Below, piece by piece: positions 37,649 to 50,320 of a stretch of DNA of 64,000 bases (positions within the stretch are counted from its first letter, which is position 1; each line of letters begins with the position of its first letter). The stretch comes from Octopus vulgaris. Its lineage: Eukaryota. A model generated the notes under the pieces. The model worked only from the letters and a program-made list of their open reading frames with translations. It had not been told where the DNA came from and ran no database searches. The position numbers and the translations under genes are program-made. Location: positions 114,266,001 to 114,330,000 of the forward strand of contig OX597817.1 in NCBI GenBank assembly GCA_951406725.2, read 5' to 3'.

Positions 37649-37881
37649 TATTTCTTTATTACCCACAAGGGGCTAAACATAGAGGGGACAAACAACGACA
37701 GACATAGGTATTAAGTCGATTATATTGACCCCCCAGTGCGTAACTGGTACTTAATTTATCGACCCCGAAAGGATGAAAGGTAAAGTCGACCTCGGCGGAA
37801 TTTGAACTCAGAACGTAACGGCAGACGAAATACGGCTAAGCATTTCGCCCGGCGTGCTAACGTTTCTGCCAGCTCGCCGCC
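37649..37881 (-). mobile_element. Full-length young SINE family B (tRNA-derived A/B boxes plus conserved central domain)
   Basis: Minus: ggcggcgagctggcagaaacgttagc..gagttcaaattcc..tttcatcctttcggggtcgataaattaagtacc; TSD tgtcatacc. Confidence 0.9.
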
Positions 37882-38124
37882 TGTCATACCCTTGCAACCT
37901 TTACCTAGCCACCCTTCCTGATCTTCTGTTCCCAAGCACTCTTCTATTCATCTTCTTGTACTATGAGGGTATGCTCTCACACTTCATCACTGGCATCTTT
38001 ATCTCTCTATTCTATTCCAGTCTCCCTTGTATAATGTCAGATACCCACGTATCTACTCTACACCAGCAAGAATCCTGTTCTTGTTTCTTCATTCATACTT
38101 TAATTTCTCAACACCTTCTTACAG

Positions 38125-38420
38125 CTCTCTCTTTTGCCCTCTCTCTCTCTCTACTGCCCTCTCTCTCTCTCTACTGCCTTCTCTCTCTCTACTGCCCCCT
38201 CTCTCTCTACTACCATCTCTCTCTCTACTGCCCCCTCTCTCTCTACTGCCTTCTCTCTCTCTACTGCCACCCTCTCTCTCTCTACTGCCCTCTCTCTACT
38301 GCCCTCTATCTCTACTGCCTTCTCTCTCTACTGCCTTCTCTCTCTACTGCCCCCTCTCTCTCTACTGCCCCCTCTCTCTCTCTACTGCCCCCTCTCTCTC
38401 TACTCCCCCCTCTCTCTCTC
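38125..38420. repeat. Minisatellite (ctctctctctactgcc)n
   Basis: About 14 variable-length units. Confidence 0.9.
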
Positions 38421-38510
38421 CAGTTTTCCTCTGGCTTAGAAAGCTCATTAGTCTTATGAGTTACATGATGACTTCACTAGTGCTGGTGTTATGGGGAAGG
38501 CACTGTCACA

Positions 38511-38965
38511 CTATGACAAAACTGATACACTGGAGCAAGACATGATCCTCTGACCTGCTGGATTCTGTTGAACCAGCCAGCATGGAGAGCAGGTATATAC
38601 TTATATGGTTGCATTATAAAGCCAGAGAAACTATGACAAAACTGATAGATTGGAGCAAGACACGATCCTCTGACCTGCTGGATTCTGTTGAACCAGCCAG
38701 CATGGAGAGCAGATATATACATATATGGTTGCATTATAAAGCCAGAGAAACTATGATAAAACTGATACACTGGAGCAAGATATGATCCTCTGACCTGCTG
38801 GATTCTGTTGAACCAGCCAGCATAGAGAGCAGATATATACGTATATGGTTGCATTATAAAGCCAGAGAAACTATGATAAAACTGATACACTGGAGCAAGA
38901 CATGATCCTCTGACCTGCTGGATACTGTTGAACCAGCAAGCATGGAGAGCAGATATATACATATA
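38511..38965. repeat. 120-bp tandem repeat, about 3.8 copies
   Basis: Units start with ctatga(c/t)aaa at 38511, 38631, 38751 and 38871. Confidence 0.95.
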
Positions 38966-39210
38966 TGAGTGAGCATCTATGTTTTTGTTTACATTTGTGC
39001 TCTATAACAGTTCTATGTATGGTGTTGTTGTCAATTCTTTTGTCAACAACTTGTTTGTTCACTTCATGCCTTTGTGGAAGTGCGAAAAATAGGTAAGGTT
39101 TAGAAACAGGAAAGGCATCTAATTGTAAAGCATTGAATACAGCAAATTATATTTGTGTAACCTAAGTAAGAATGGGAAAAAAATAGGGTATAAAATATAC
39201 AAGTAGATAT

Positions 39211-39252
<42 letters not shown>

Positions 39253-40314
39253 ACGCGTGTGTGTGTGTGTGTGTGCCTGTGTGTGTGTCTCTGTGTCTGT
39301 GTAAATCTTACTGCAATTCAGCTTTTTTCAAACTGTTGGCCAGTTTGAAAGAAAGGAAATTTCAATGAAACTTGTCACTGTCTATTTCTAATTTGATTCT
39401 AAAAAGATAAATATTTAATTCTACTATTCATATTGAGTTCTTTATCAAACAATGTTAATTTGGTTTCAATATATCTCTGTATTTTCTAAAAACATATACA
39501 CTAATATATGTACATGGATATATGTGTGTTTATATCTATCTATTTATCTATCTATATCTATATCTATATCTATTTCTATATCTATATGTATATATAATAT
39601 ATATAAATATATATATGTGTTTCTCTATTTGTATATAGGTATATGTGTATACAAGTATATTATATGAATGTATATATGGAACTCATTTCATTTTAGTGTC
39701 TATTTCTGGCAGCGTTATATAATTTTATTTTTAGTTCTGTCTACTTTTGATCGTGTTTTGGAATAATTATATTTGTGACACAAACACATATATATAGATA
39801 TATATAGATATATCTATATATATGGAAAGAGAAACATACACACATACATGTGCATTCTATATTATACCAATACAGTTACTGTATTTAGAATTTAAATAGA
39901 GAGGAACTACTAAACACAACTTCATTGGTAGTGCTGTATTCAAGGTAGACATAATTTATTGCCTTGTTCAAAACCACCACTTGGACATTGGGTGTCTTTA
40001 AGAAAATGTGCTTATTTGTTGCCATTGGAACCAGGACTGAGGTAGAAGATCTGGTACCTTGATGTCCTCTTCTTACGGTGGCATCATGTGAATCATGGCT
40101 GCTTTTTCCCCTCACTTTTCTACCCATAATTTTGGAGAATATGCAATGCTCATTTTTATTTTGCCTTAGTCCTCTGACTATAATTATTTAACTAGTTGAC
40201 TGATATCAATAAAAGGTGAAGTAGAACCAGGGTGAGTTTTTATCTGCAAAATATTCTCCCTTCCCACAAGAGACAAGTATATATATGTAAAATTACATGT
40301 ATAAATGTATTTCT

Positions 40315-40547
40315 TATTTCTTTATTGCCCACAAGGGGCTAAACATAGAGGGAACAAACAAGGGGAGACAAAGGGATTAAGTTTATTACATCGCCCCCAG
40401 TGCGTAGCTGGTACTTAATTTATCAACCCCAAAAGGATGAAAGGCAAAGTCGACCTCGGCGGAATTTGAACTCATAACGGCAGACGAAATACCGCTAAGC
40501 ATTTCGCCTGACGTGCTAACGTTTCTGCCAGCTCGCCGCCTTAAAAT
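40315..40547 (-). mobile_element. Full-length SINE family B
   Basis: TSD ataaatgtatttct at 40301 and 40548. Confidence 0.9.
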
Positions 40548-41631
40548 ATAAATGTATTTCTGTCTGTCTATCTGTCTACACATACATTCACACATTCATA
40601 CATAAAGATCTAGATGTATATATGGATACACATACATGCATTCATGCAAATATATGTCTGTGCTTGTGTGTACACACACACACACACACACACAGACACA
40701 CACACACACACACACTTGCATCAGCATTATATCACAGAGAAAAATTTGCAAACTCCTCATTTTAGCATTAGTGAATTTCTTTGTCTTTATGTGTATGTGT
40801 GTGCATGTGTGCATTCGTATCCCAGTTTTTTTTCTGGCTTAGTGTCTTAATATCTTAGTAGCCAAATAATGCATGCCATATGTAATTAGAATAAGTTATT
40901 TGAGTTTGGTTTGTCTGAAACTTATTTCATTTTAGCATATATTTCTGCAAGCATAGTACTATTTTCCATCAAGTTTTCTTTACATTAGATTGGGTTATGG
41001 AATAATTCTCTTTATGATATGAAAATTCACATGCACACTATATTATATGAACATGGTTGCCATATTCAGAAATTCAGTAGTTCACAGAACTAGAATGTAT
41101 TACTTAATTTATATATTCTAGTAAACCTGTGTTCTGTCTTGAGGTGAAATTTTCCCATTCTGTTGATAGACTTTACCAAATCTGGGGCTACGCACTAGTT
41201 TCATGAAGTGATTGTAACATCATTTTTCATTACAGGACAACTAATCTGGAACATTCCTTTCAGACAGATTTAATCTGTTTAACCTGTGTATCAGCAATAA
41301 AGTTGTAAAGACAGATAGAATGGTGAAGCAGCTTAAGGAGTTCAACCAGCTGTTGCTAAGTCATGAGTTCAAGTTTCTTCAGTCATTTCATTTTGTCTAT
41401 GAGAAATGCATTTAGTTCTGTGTGCATGACTTCACCTTGTCTGTTGTTATTGTTGTTTAACACCATATTATATAGATTGAACAGATCTATTTGATCAAAG
41501 GCATTCCAGCTAGACACCCTGTCTTTATCTTTCTTTTTGGCTGTAATTTGTGAGTGAATTATTTTGGATGTTATTTCCAAGTAAATGGTAGTCATTAATA
41601 TGTGTACAGCTTGTGTACAGTTATGGAGTAA

Positions 41632-41900
41632 ATCATCATCATCATCATCTTAACATCCGTTTTCCATGCTAGCATGGGTTGGATGGTTCGACCGGGGTCT
41701 TGGAAGCCAGGAGGCTGCACCAGGCTCCAGTCTGATCTGGCAGTGTTTCTACAGCTGGATGCCCTTCCTAACGCCGACCACTCCATGAGTGTAGTGGGTG
41801 CCACGATCAGTTGGTGCTTTTTACGTGCCACTGGCATGGAAGCCAGTCAAGGCGGTGCTGGCATCGGCCATGTTCGGATGGTGCATTTTACGTGCCACCA
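41632..41900 (-). mobile_element. SINE family A
   Basis: Reverse family A body. Confidence 0.85.
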
Positions 41901-41965
41901 GCAAAGGTATCACAGCTACAATTTCCATTTGATTTTTTGATGTTGATCAAATCTACATGTGAAAT

Positions 41966-42365
41966 TATGGCTGTGTGGTTAAAAAGCTTACTTTGCAATG
42001 TTGTGGGTTTTGGGTTCAGTTCCACTGCACAATACTTGGGCAGGTGTCTTCTGCTATAGCCCTGATCTGACTGCCTTGTGAGTGAATTTGGTAAATAGAA
42101 ACTATGTGGAAACCTGTTGTATGTGTGTGTATGTGCATCTTTATATTGTATCTGTCCCCACTCCCCACCACTTGACAACCAGTGTTATTTTGTTGATGTC
42201 CCTGTAACTTAGCAGTTTGGTAGTATAAATACCAAACTGTAACTTAACAGACTGGTAGAATAAGTACCAGATTTAAAAATAAGTGCTGAAGTCAATTTGT
42301 TTAACTAAACCCTTCAAGCCAGTGCACCAGTATGGCCACAGTAAAAGACTGAAACAAATAAAAGA
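41966..42365 (+). mobile_element. SINE family C
   Basis: tRNA-like head, cttgggcaggtgtctt and gactgaaacaaataaaaga tail. Confidence 0.75.
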
Positions 42366-42454
42366 TTACGGATAAAAGATATCTGAAGTAATGACTTCTA
42401 CCCAAATACATTGTTGATGGAAATATAGAAATGTACATTCTAGATACCGTTTTT

Positions 42455-42704
42455 GGCACTTGTGCCAGTGGCATGTGTAAAAAGATTCGAGTGAGGTCGT
42501 TGCCAGTACCGCCTGACCAGCCCCTGTGCTGGTGGCACGTAAAAGCACCCACTACACTCCCAGAGTGTTGGCATTAGGAAGGGTATCCAGCTGTAGAAAC
42601 TCTGCCAGATCAAGATTGAAGCCAGGTGCAGCCATCTGGTTCACCAGCCCTCAGTCAAATCGTCCAACCCATGCTAGCATGGAAAGCAGACGTTAAACGA
42701 CGAC

Positions 42705-42740
<36 letters not shown>
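42455..42740 (+). mobile_element. SINE family A
   Basis: Family A body and (GAT)n tail. Confidence 0.85.
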
Positions 42741-42741
<1 letters not shown>

Positions 42742-42747
42742 CACATA

Positions 42748-43636
42748 TGAACTGTGTTCAAAAAGTATCTGACTTTATTTTTTCTTGCCAAAACTAATGC
42801 CGCATGGGCAAAATCCTTTGGGTGAGATGTGATTCCACCCTTCCTGCACTTATGGGAAAATTTTCATGCCAGGAGGCCACATCAGTTCCCAGCTGTTATG
42901 CTTAGAGTACAGATGTGTAGTGTGCATTTGTTGGATTTTCGTTTTCATGCAAGATGACTGAATGCATTTTGCAAAGACCATAAACCCATGTCTCATCACC
43001 AGTGATGATGGTCTTCATGAAGTCTGGGTCATGGTTTGCACAGTCCAGCATGTCCTGTATGATTTCCATGCAGAGTTGCTTCTGCTGCTCTGCCAGCACC
43101 TTGATGGTGAATTTCACTGACACCCCACATACTCAAATTCCCCATTAAAATGGAATGTACTAATCTTGTGCTTATTCCCAATTTCCTGGCTTGTTACATG
43201 ATGGTCTGCCATCACTGTTTGCTGAACCTTCTCATTTGGCTCTTCATTTTGGCTTGTGGATGAGCTGCCTGAGTATGCCTCACTCTCCATTGATGTGTGA
43301 TCATGTTTGAAGCAGCTGTACCCCTTCTTGACCTGAGTTTCCCCCATGGTATCAACACCAAAGGCCTGCTGAATCTCCCGAATGGTTTGAGCTTGAATAT
43401 CATGAAGCTTTTGGTAAAACTTTTTGCAATATCTCTGCTCAATGTGTTTGGTAGAAACGAAAATCTGATTAGTGCATACTACATGTCTGTACTCTCAGCA
43501 TAACAGTTGAGAACTGACTCAGCCAACTGCTGCAAAAATTTTCATACATGTGCACCTTACACCCAAAGAATTTTGCCCACACGACATTAGTTTTGGTGGG
43601 GAAAAATAAAGTTGCTTACTATTTGAACGTGCCTCA
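42748..43636 (-). mobile_element. Internally deleted mariner (irritans-like) with long subterminal inverted repeats
   Basis: TA-flanked TIRs gttcaaa.agta...actttattttt. Minus ORF has DPDFMKTIITGDETWVYG, and the rest of the catalytic domain is absent. Confidence 0.85.
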
Positions 43637-44149
43637 TATACTCTATGTGAGCAAAGGACCACAGATGAAAAAACAATGAAAGACCAGTTGTGAAGAGACA
43701 AGAGTTATTCAACATGAAATGTTGTTTAACCCCAGGCCAGCCTTTGAGTAAATCTATAATCAAAAGTATTCCAGCTGTAACTATCTTCAGTCCTTGAGCC
43801 CAGACCCCAAAATATTTCTGTATCGGTACCACATGGGGTGAATAATTCTTATGGTAATTTTTGACTGGCTATATGTCTCTAGTTTCTGTTTATATATGAT
43901 AGCATTGTCAGAATGGTAGCTTAATAATAGTTATCACTTCATAAATAGACATAAGAAACTGCAAAAAAAATTTCTCAAACATCTTTTGTTTTGACTATTG
44001 CAAGGGCAAAGAAATGACTCACAGATCAGAATTTAATCAATATGTGTTTATACTTAATATAGAATTGAATTGAATTTCATATGCATGATATGTCTTGAAC
44101 ATAAAACCAAACATGATGCATCAAGACTGTTCAGTTTTCTCATGTGCAC

Positions 44150-45750
44150 ACAACAAGTCATGCCACTGGGGAAGATTGTATCAATTGTTTTCAAGTCAAC
44201 AAAGATTTTCTGGTAATATAGCAGCTGCAGGTCAGCTAGGTTCTGGATCTGCTATGGGTATCCAGCATACCGTGAAGCTAATCATCATGGTCATCCTCAG
44301 AATCCGTCCCTTCTAATTCTGGATCTTGGTTGTCACATGTTCGTAGCTTGCACATGTTTGTGCACTTCAAGTCATTGCTGAGTCAGTTGCATGCTGGTAG
44401 TTTACAGGAATGCACACATTTGCACAATAAAAGCTAATGTCAAAGAAGCATGTTCTGTTCTTTGTACCACACTCCTGGTACAAGGAGCCTGAGATTTTGC
44501 TACAAAACCCCAGGCACAAAATCAGAACATCAGTATCCTCAGCACTGGTGACAACAGCTGAACTGCCTGACTCGGCTGCATGAAGTCACATGTCAGCTTC
44601 TTCTTGTAATGACTTCAACTCAGAGACCTCTTCCCACCTTTTTGTTGTGATCTTGAAGCAGAGGTCGTCATGTATTACAAAAAGATCTTTGTCCCCACCT
44701 AGTTTTGCTCTGTATGTTGGTCCCTTCCATTCATCCACCAGGAACTTTGTCAGACTTGCTTTGTTTGGAGGGCTACTGAGCAACTTATGCCACTGCTAGA
44801 TAGTGTGCTCAGGTGCTATGCTTCTGAACTGGACTCCTGTTTCTGATCCCCTGTTAATCCTTTCTGCATTTTTTATGGATGTTTCCTTGTAAACGTCAAA
44901 GATGACATCAATATGATGACTCTGGGCTGCTTCGTGGAGACTGTTTGTTATCAATGACTCTGAGATCTGCGAGAAGGCCTTGTCCTTTCTGGTTTCTGGA
45001 CCAAGCTCATCCCATCAAAAACTGATGCTGACGGACTTGGAAGAATTTCTGCTGGAGCAACATCCTTCTCCAACTCTCTAGCTAGAGATGCTTTGTTAGT
45101 CTTATGAAGAGTCCCATCATTGCCAAGTGCAAATGGTAGAGGGCCCAAAGGGTGAGCCAGTACATCAGCCATATGTAATTTTCTGCTTTCTACTGCAAGG
45201 ATCATGTGACCAAACAAGTCTCAGTCAGCTTTCAAAACCACATCCTTGGCATGCCCTTGAGTGCGGGGTTTCTCTCTGATGTCCAAGAAAGTTTTCAGTC
45301 TCATTTTAGTCATTTTGTCATGGAATTTTTTAGATGGCACATCAACATCGACATGTTCTTGTCTGAAGACCTGGTATGATTCTTCTCTATGCTTGTTAGC
45401 TTCTAGGAGATCTTTTTCTATGTCTAGCGGTGCTGCAGTGGCACTGGACAAACTCGCAAAATCCTCATTTTCAGGTTTGAATAGGTTTAGCCAACTTGCC
45501 TCCACGAGCTGGACAAGGGATTGGATATCTATTTTTTTTTTTGATCCTTGACTGATTGAGGTCATGGTGGTTCAAAGACTTGTGTTTTCCTCCATTTGTC
45601 ATATCTCTCAGTTGCAAGTGTGAGCTGCGATGCTCTGAGTTTAAATAGAACCCAGCCACCACTGCTCCAGCTTTCAGACTGAATCCTTTTGTGCTGCCAG
45701 GAGTTTGGGTGCCCTTGTTAACTGTCTCTTTGATTGTTTGCAGCCTTAAG
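44150..45750 (-). pseudogene. Decayed ORF of a poorly classified DNA-transposon family (E.TVNK..TPG motif, FEN1/PIN-like EEAD..DTDV region, Cys-rich CXC-like tail)
   Basis: QTIKETVNKGTQTPGSTKGFSL, HPLGPLPFAL..DGTLHKTNKASL, VFDGMSLVQ, NKASLTKFL..W, QEEAD..LHA, EDTDVL, CKLPACN..KCTNMC; many frameshifts. Confidence 0.75.
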
Positions 45751-46150
45751 CAATACTGTCCATGAGTTCAGATCTTGTGGTGACACAAGGTTGTCAGAGG
45801 TATCGTTGGAACAATGGATGATACAGTTTGGGCATGCTTGCTTCCTTGGAAATGTTTCACTGGCATCTCTGCTTGTTGTAACCATTGTGCCTACTGCAAA
45901 ACATCACTGCAATAATGTTTTCACCTGCAAAATAGAGAAAAGTAATTGCAAGCATTGGGATATTAAATACATTAATCAAAATGTACCAAACATATTCTAA
46001 TTTCTGCTAGATGTGTGAACGATGTCATATGTGTTGTAGTCATCACAGGCAGAAGTACTTCAGCATGAATATTGGTGAAATTTCATAAATCTACAAAAAA
46101 AGAACAAAGCTACTGAGCTGAAAGAGTTTAAAATTTTTTACACTCATAGT

Positions 46151-46381
46151 TATTTGTTTACTACCCACAAGGGGCTAAACATAGAGGGGACAAACAAGGA
46201 CAGACAAACGGATTAAGTCGGTGATATCGACCCCAGTGCGTAACTGGTACTTAATTTATCGACCCCGAAAGGATGAAAGGTAAAGTCAACCTCGGCGGAA
46301 TTTGAACTCAGAACGTAATGCCAGACGAAATACGGCTACGCATTTCGCCCGGCATGCTAACTTTTCTGCCAGCTCACCGCC
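46151..46381 (-). mobile_element. Full-length SINE family B
   Basis: TSD ttacactcatagt on both sides. Confidence 0.9.
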
Positions 46382-48480
46382 TTTTACACTCATAGTGACC
46401 CTATAAAGATTTTGATATCACTTAGGTGTGTTCACTCCAGATGGTACCGCTAGCTGATGTGGCTCATGTATTACTTGACTTTTTCCTTTGCGGAAAGACC
46501 CCAGGACCACATTATCTGATATATCCTTTTCTAACATTGGCAGGGTATAATTTGAGGAAGTTTTGGTTATAATTTCTAGCAATCCAAGCAAACATAAAGA
46601 GGTTCCTTCGTTTGTTTGTTTGTTGTTATTGCTGCTGCTGTTGTTGTTGTTAAGCAACAAGACGGGTAAGGGTGATTAGGTGATGGTCTAGGGCTTAGGG
46701 GCAGGAGACCCCAGGCCTTGGAAAAAAAAAAAACTTTGGTCATCTTGTTGTAGTCGAGGGCTCGTCATTGACACCCGGCACCACTGGGAGGTGGCCCTTG
46801 AAGTCGCTGGAAATGGAGATCTCCAGGTTCAAATTCTTGGACGGCTGTTGCTGCTGCTGATGTTATTGCTGTTTATCTGAGTGGTTGAGCAGGGAGGTTG
46901 ATGAAATAAAGAACCAGTTAATTATTTGGGTTGATTTAATCATCTGCTGATCTATTAGCATGTAATGAATTAACATGGTGCTACCGTGCCTGCGATCGTC
47001 GTCAACGAAGGAAAGCTCACAGTCTCACCCACGTCCATGTGGACGTAGCCGCGACCGATGCACAGTAAAGCCCACCTACTACACCTCCTCTTTCTCCTCC
47101 TCCTCATCATGCTAATTATCTATTTGCATATCAATTTTCATTCTGAATGTTATATTTAACATTCTCATTATCATTTCTTTTATCATTGTCATCACTTTTG
47201 TCATGGTTGTCCTCCTCCTCCTCCTCCTCCTCCTCATCATCATCATCTTTCTAACAATATAAATACCAATATCTTTGTAACAAAAGTATTGGTGAAAAGG
47301 ATCATAGCAATAGTGGTGCTGTTATTGATGGTAATGTTCATAAAATGGTGATGGTGGCAGTAGAGGTGATGGTAATAATAATAATAATAATAATACTGAA
47401 AAATATTCATCTTCTTTTAGTCTCTAAAGAATATTCATGATGTCGTAGTTCTAAATTGCTTAATTCAGGATTACAAGATTCTTAGTGAGGGCAGGAGAGT
47501 GGAGAGGGAGAGCAATAACAAAAACAAATAAACAAAAAACAAATGTAATAGACATAGTATAATAAAAGTAATATCTCAGTTTTTGTTGAATAATTAAGAA
47601 TGTTAAAAAGTAATTAAAAACAACAGCAGTAATGAAAATAAAAAGGAAAATTTTAGTTATTACATGAAAAAAATGGTTGTAATATTTTGAGAAAACTCTG
47701 GAATATTTTTAATGTTGATATTTTGTTTACCTTGAAATCTTTTACATGTGACAAGGGATTTCTTCAGAAAAGTTTCTAATTAGTTTTTTTTTCTTTTGCT
47801 TTGAAGGAATTCAGTTTAGCAAAATTTGTTTATCTAATTATTAAGCATTTCTTGTTAATTACTTCCTTTGAGGATATCAAGGTTACTTGATTATCTTGTC
47901 GTGTGATGACTGTTGTTAAAAATGTATCTACAATAATTGCATTAAATATCAAACGTAAAACTGTCTTTGTTTTTACAACTTCGTTTTTACAACTTGCTCT
48001 CTTCCATTTTATTTGTGTTAAAAATGCTTTTTAAAATAGATTTGAATTCTTGGAATAAGAAATTCTTCCATAAGTGGTGTAACCCTTTTATTCCCTTCTT
48101 AAAATTGTTATGAATTTATGTAATTTTTCAGGAATTTCTCCTTTTGTTGATTTCTGTTTCTCTTCTTTATGTATTTAAGTTTTCCATTTTTCTAAATGGT
48201 GAGCTGGCAGAATTGTTAGAGCATCAGACAAAATTCTTTTTCATTATTTGTTCCAGCTCTTTTATATTTTACATTCAGTGTTCAATTCCTGTCTAGGTAA
48301 ATTTCGCTGTTTATCTGAGTGTTGAGTGGGGAGGTTGTTGAAATAAAGTACCAGTTAAGTATTTTGGTTGATTAAATCACTTGTTGATCTGTTAGCATGT
48401 AATGAATTAGCATGATACACAGTAAAGCCCAAATCCCTGCCTAGGTATAGTAGGGCTCTGACAGCAGCTGGGGTGACATA

Positions 48481-49783
48481 CAGGGGTTGGACAAAATAAT
48501 GGAACATCATTTTGAAATATCCTCCTCATCATGCTAATTATCTATTTGCATATCAATATTCATTCTGAATGTTATATTTAACATTCTCATTATCATTTCT
48601 TTTATCATTGTCATCACTTTTGTCATGGTTGTCCTCCTCCTCCTCCAAATATCAGAAAAATATAATTAACATCAGAAAAATATAATTAAAATTCATTAAA
48701 ATGACAGATCTATTGGACTTTCAAAGAGGTCAAATTGTTGGTGCTCGTATGGCAGGTGCTAGTATAATGAAAACAACTGTAATGTTTGGTGTATCAAGAA
48801 GTACTGTCTTGAAAGTAATGACAGCCTTTGAAAAAGAGGGAAAAACCTCCTCGTCAAAACAAAACTCTGGAAGTAAACCAAAACTTTCAGATAGGGTCTG
48901 TTAGACTCTTACATGAATTATTAGAAAGGATCACAAAGGTACAGCTTCCAAAATTACTGCAGAGCCTGATGAACACCTCGAGAATCCAGTTTTCACAAAA
49001 ACTGTTCGCTGGGGGCTGCATAAAGCTGGATTTCACAGAAGGGCTGCAATCAGAAAACGACTACTTTCAAAACCAAACGTTGCAAAGCATTTAGAGTGGA
49101 GTAAAAACCTACAGAATTGGTCCTTAAAGCAGTGGAAGAATGTTATTCTCTCGGACAAGTCATCCTTTACCTTATTTCCAACCACCACCGAGTATACGTG
49201 TGGAGACAGCCAAAAGAAGCATTTGACCCATATTGCCTTCTCCCAACTGTTATACATGGAGGAGGATCTGTGATTTTCTGGGGAGCTATATCGTTGAAAT
49301 CCACTGGTCCAAAGTTTTCCCTTCATGGCCGAATTAATAGTCAAGACTATTTAAGCATTTTATCTGATCAAATTCATCCTATGATTGCGGAACTGTTTCT
49401 GGAGGGTAATACAGTCTTTCAGGATAATAATGCACCAATCCACACAGCTAAAGTTGTTACTGAATGGCACAAGGAACATTCTAGTGAAGTTGAACATCTT
49501 ATCTGGCCACCACTGCCCCCAGATCTCAATATTATTGAACATTTATAGTGCATTTTAGAAAAACATGTAAGGAGTCAATATCCTCCACCATCATCACTAC
49601 AAGAACTGGTGACTGTTTTAGCTGAAAAATGAACAAAAATTCCTCTGGAAACAATTCAAACTTTGTATGAGTCCATACATCATAGAATTCAAGCTGTAAT
49701 TAATGCCAAAGGTGATCCTATCCCATAGTAAAATAAATTTGTTTGAAATTTTAAGGTGTTTCCATTATTTTGTCCAACCCCTG
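48481..49783 (+). mobile_element. Full-length decayed Tc1 transposon with chimeric 5'UTR
   Basis: TA|CAGGGGTTGGACAAAATAATGGAA...TTCCATTATTTTGTCCAACCCCTG|TA. Confidence 0.95.
48701..49730 (+). pseudogene. Tc1 DDE transposase pseudogene
   Basis: MTDLLDFQRGQIVGAR, WKNVILSD, PTVIHGGGSVIFWG, FQDNNAPIH and PDLNIIEHL, with in-frame stops (e.g. 48902) and a frameshift. Confidence 0.9.
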
Positions 49784-50037
49784 TATCTGTTGGAGTACAA
49801 TGTTGTCACTTCAATATTATATATCCTTTGAGATCAAATTCTGCTGTGGTCAACTTTACCTTTCATCCTTTTCGTGATGATAAGATAAGTTCCTGTTGAG
49901 ACGTAATCCATTTACCCACACCTCTAAAATTGTTGGCCTTGTGCAAAACTTTGAAATCAATATTATATATCTGTAACACTTCATATTACTTATTATAAGT
50001 GATATAGGATGTTAGAGACTGCAGCTGGGGTGACATA

Positions 50038-50320
50038 CAGGGGTTGGACAAAATAATGGAACATCATTTTAGAAATATCTATAAAACCAACAAAAGCTTG
50101 TTTATTTTTATGTTTTTTGACTATTATTAGTGTTGCTTAATATGTTTTGCTAAAATTGCTGTTTCTTTTCAAATATCATCAGAAAAATATAATTAAAATT
50201 CATTAAAATGACAGATCTATTGGACTTTCAAAGAGGTCAAATTGTTGGTGCTCGTATGGCAGGTGCTAGTATAATGAAAACAACTGTAATGTTTGGTGTA
50301 TCAAGAAGTACTGTCTTGAA
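50038..50320 (+). mobile_element. 5' fragment of the same Tc1 (left TIR, native 5'UTR, first 38 codons)
   Basis: TIR and coding start match 48481 and 48701-48813. Confidence 0.9.

Noticed and set aside
37750-37881. tRNA gene
   Set aside because: The A/B boxes belong to a multicopy SINE head with a TSD, and no complete cloverleaf is evident
25805-46381. Minus-strand bias of full-length SINE B copies as evidence for a plus-strand host transcript
   Set aside because: Only four copies, and degenerate plus-strand copies also exist
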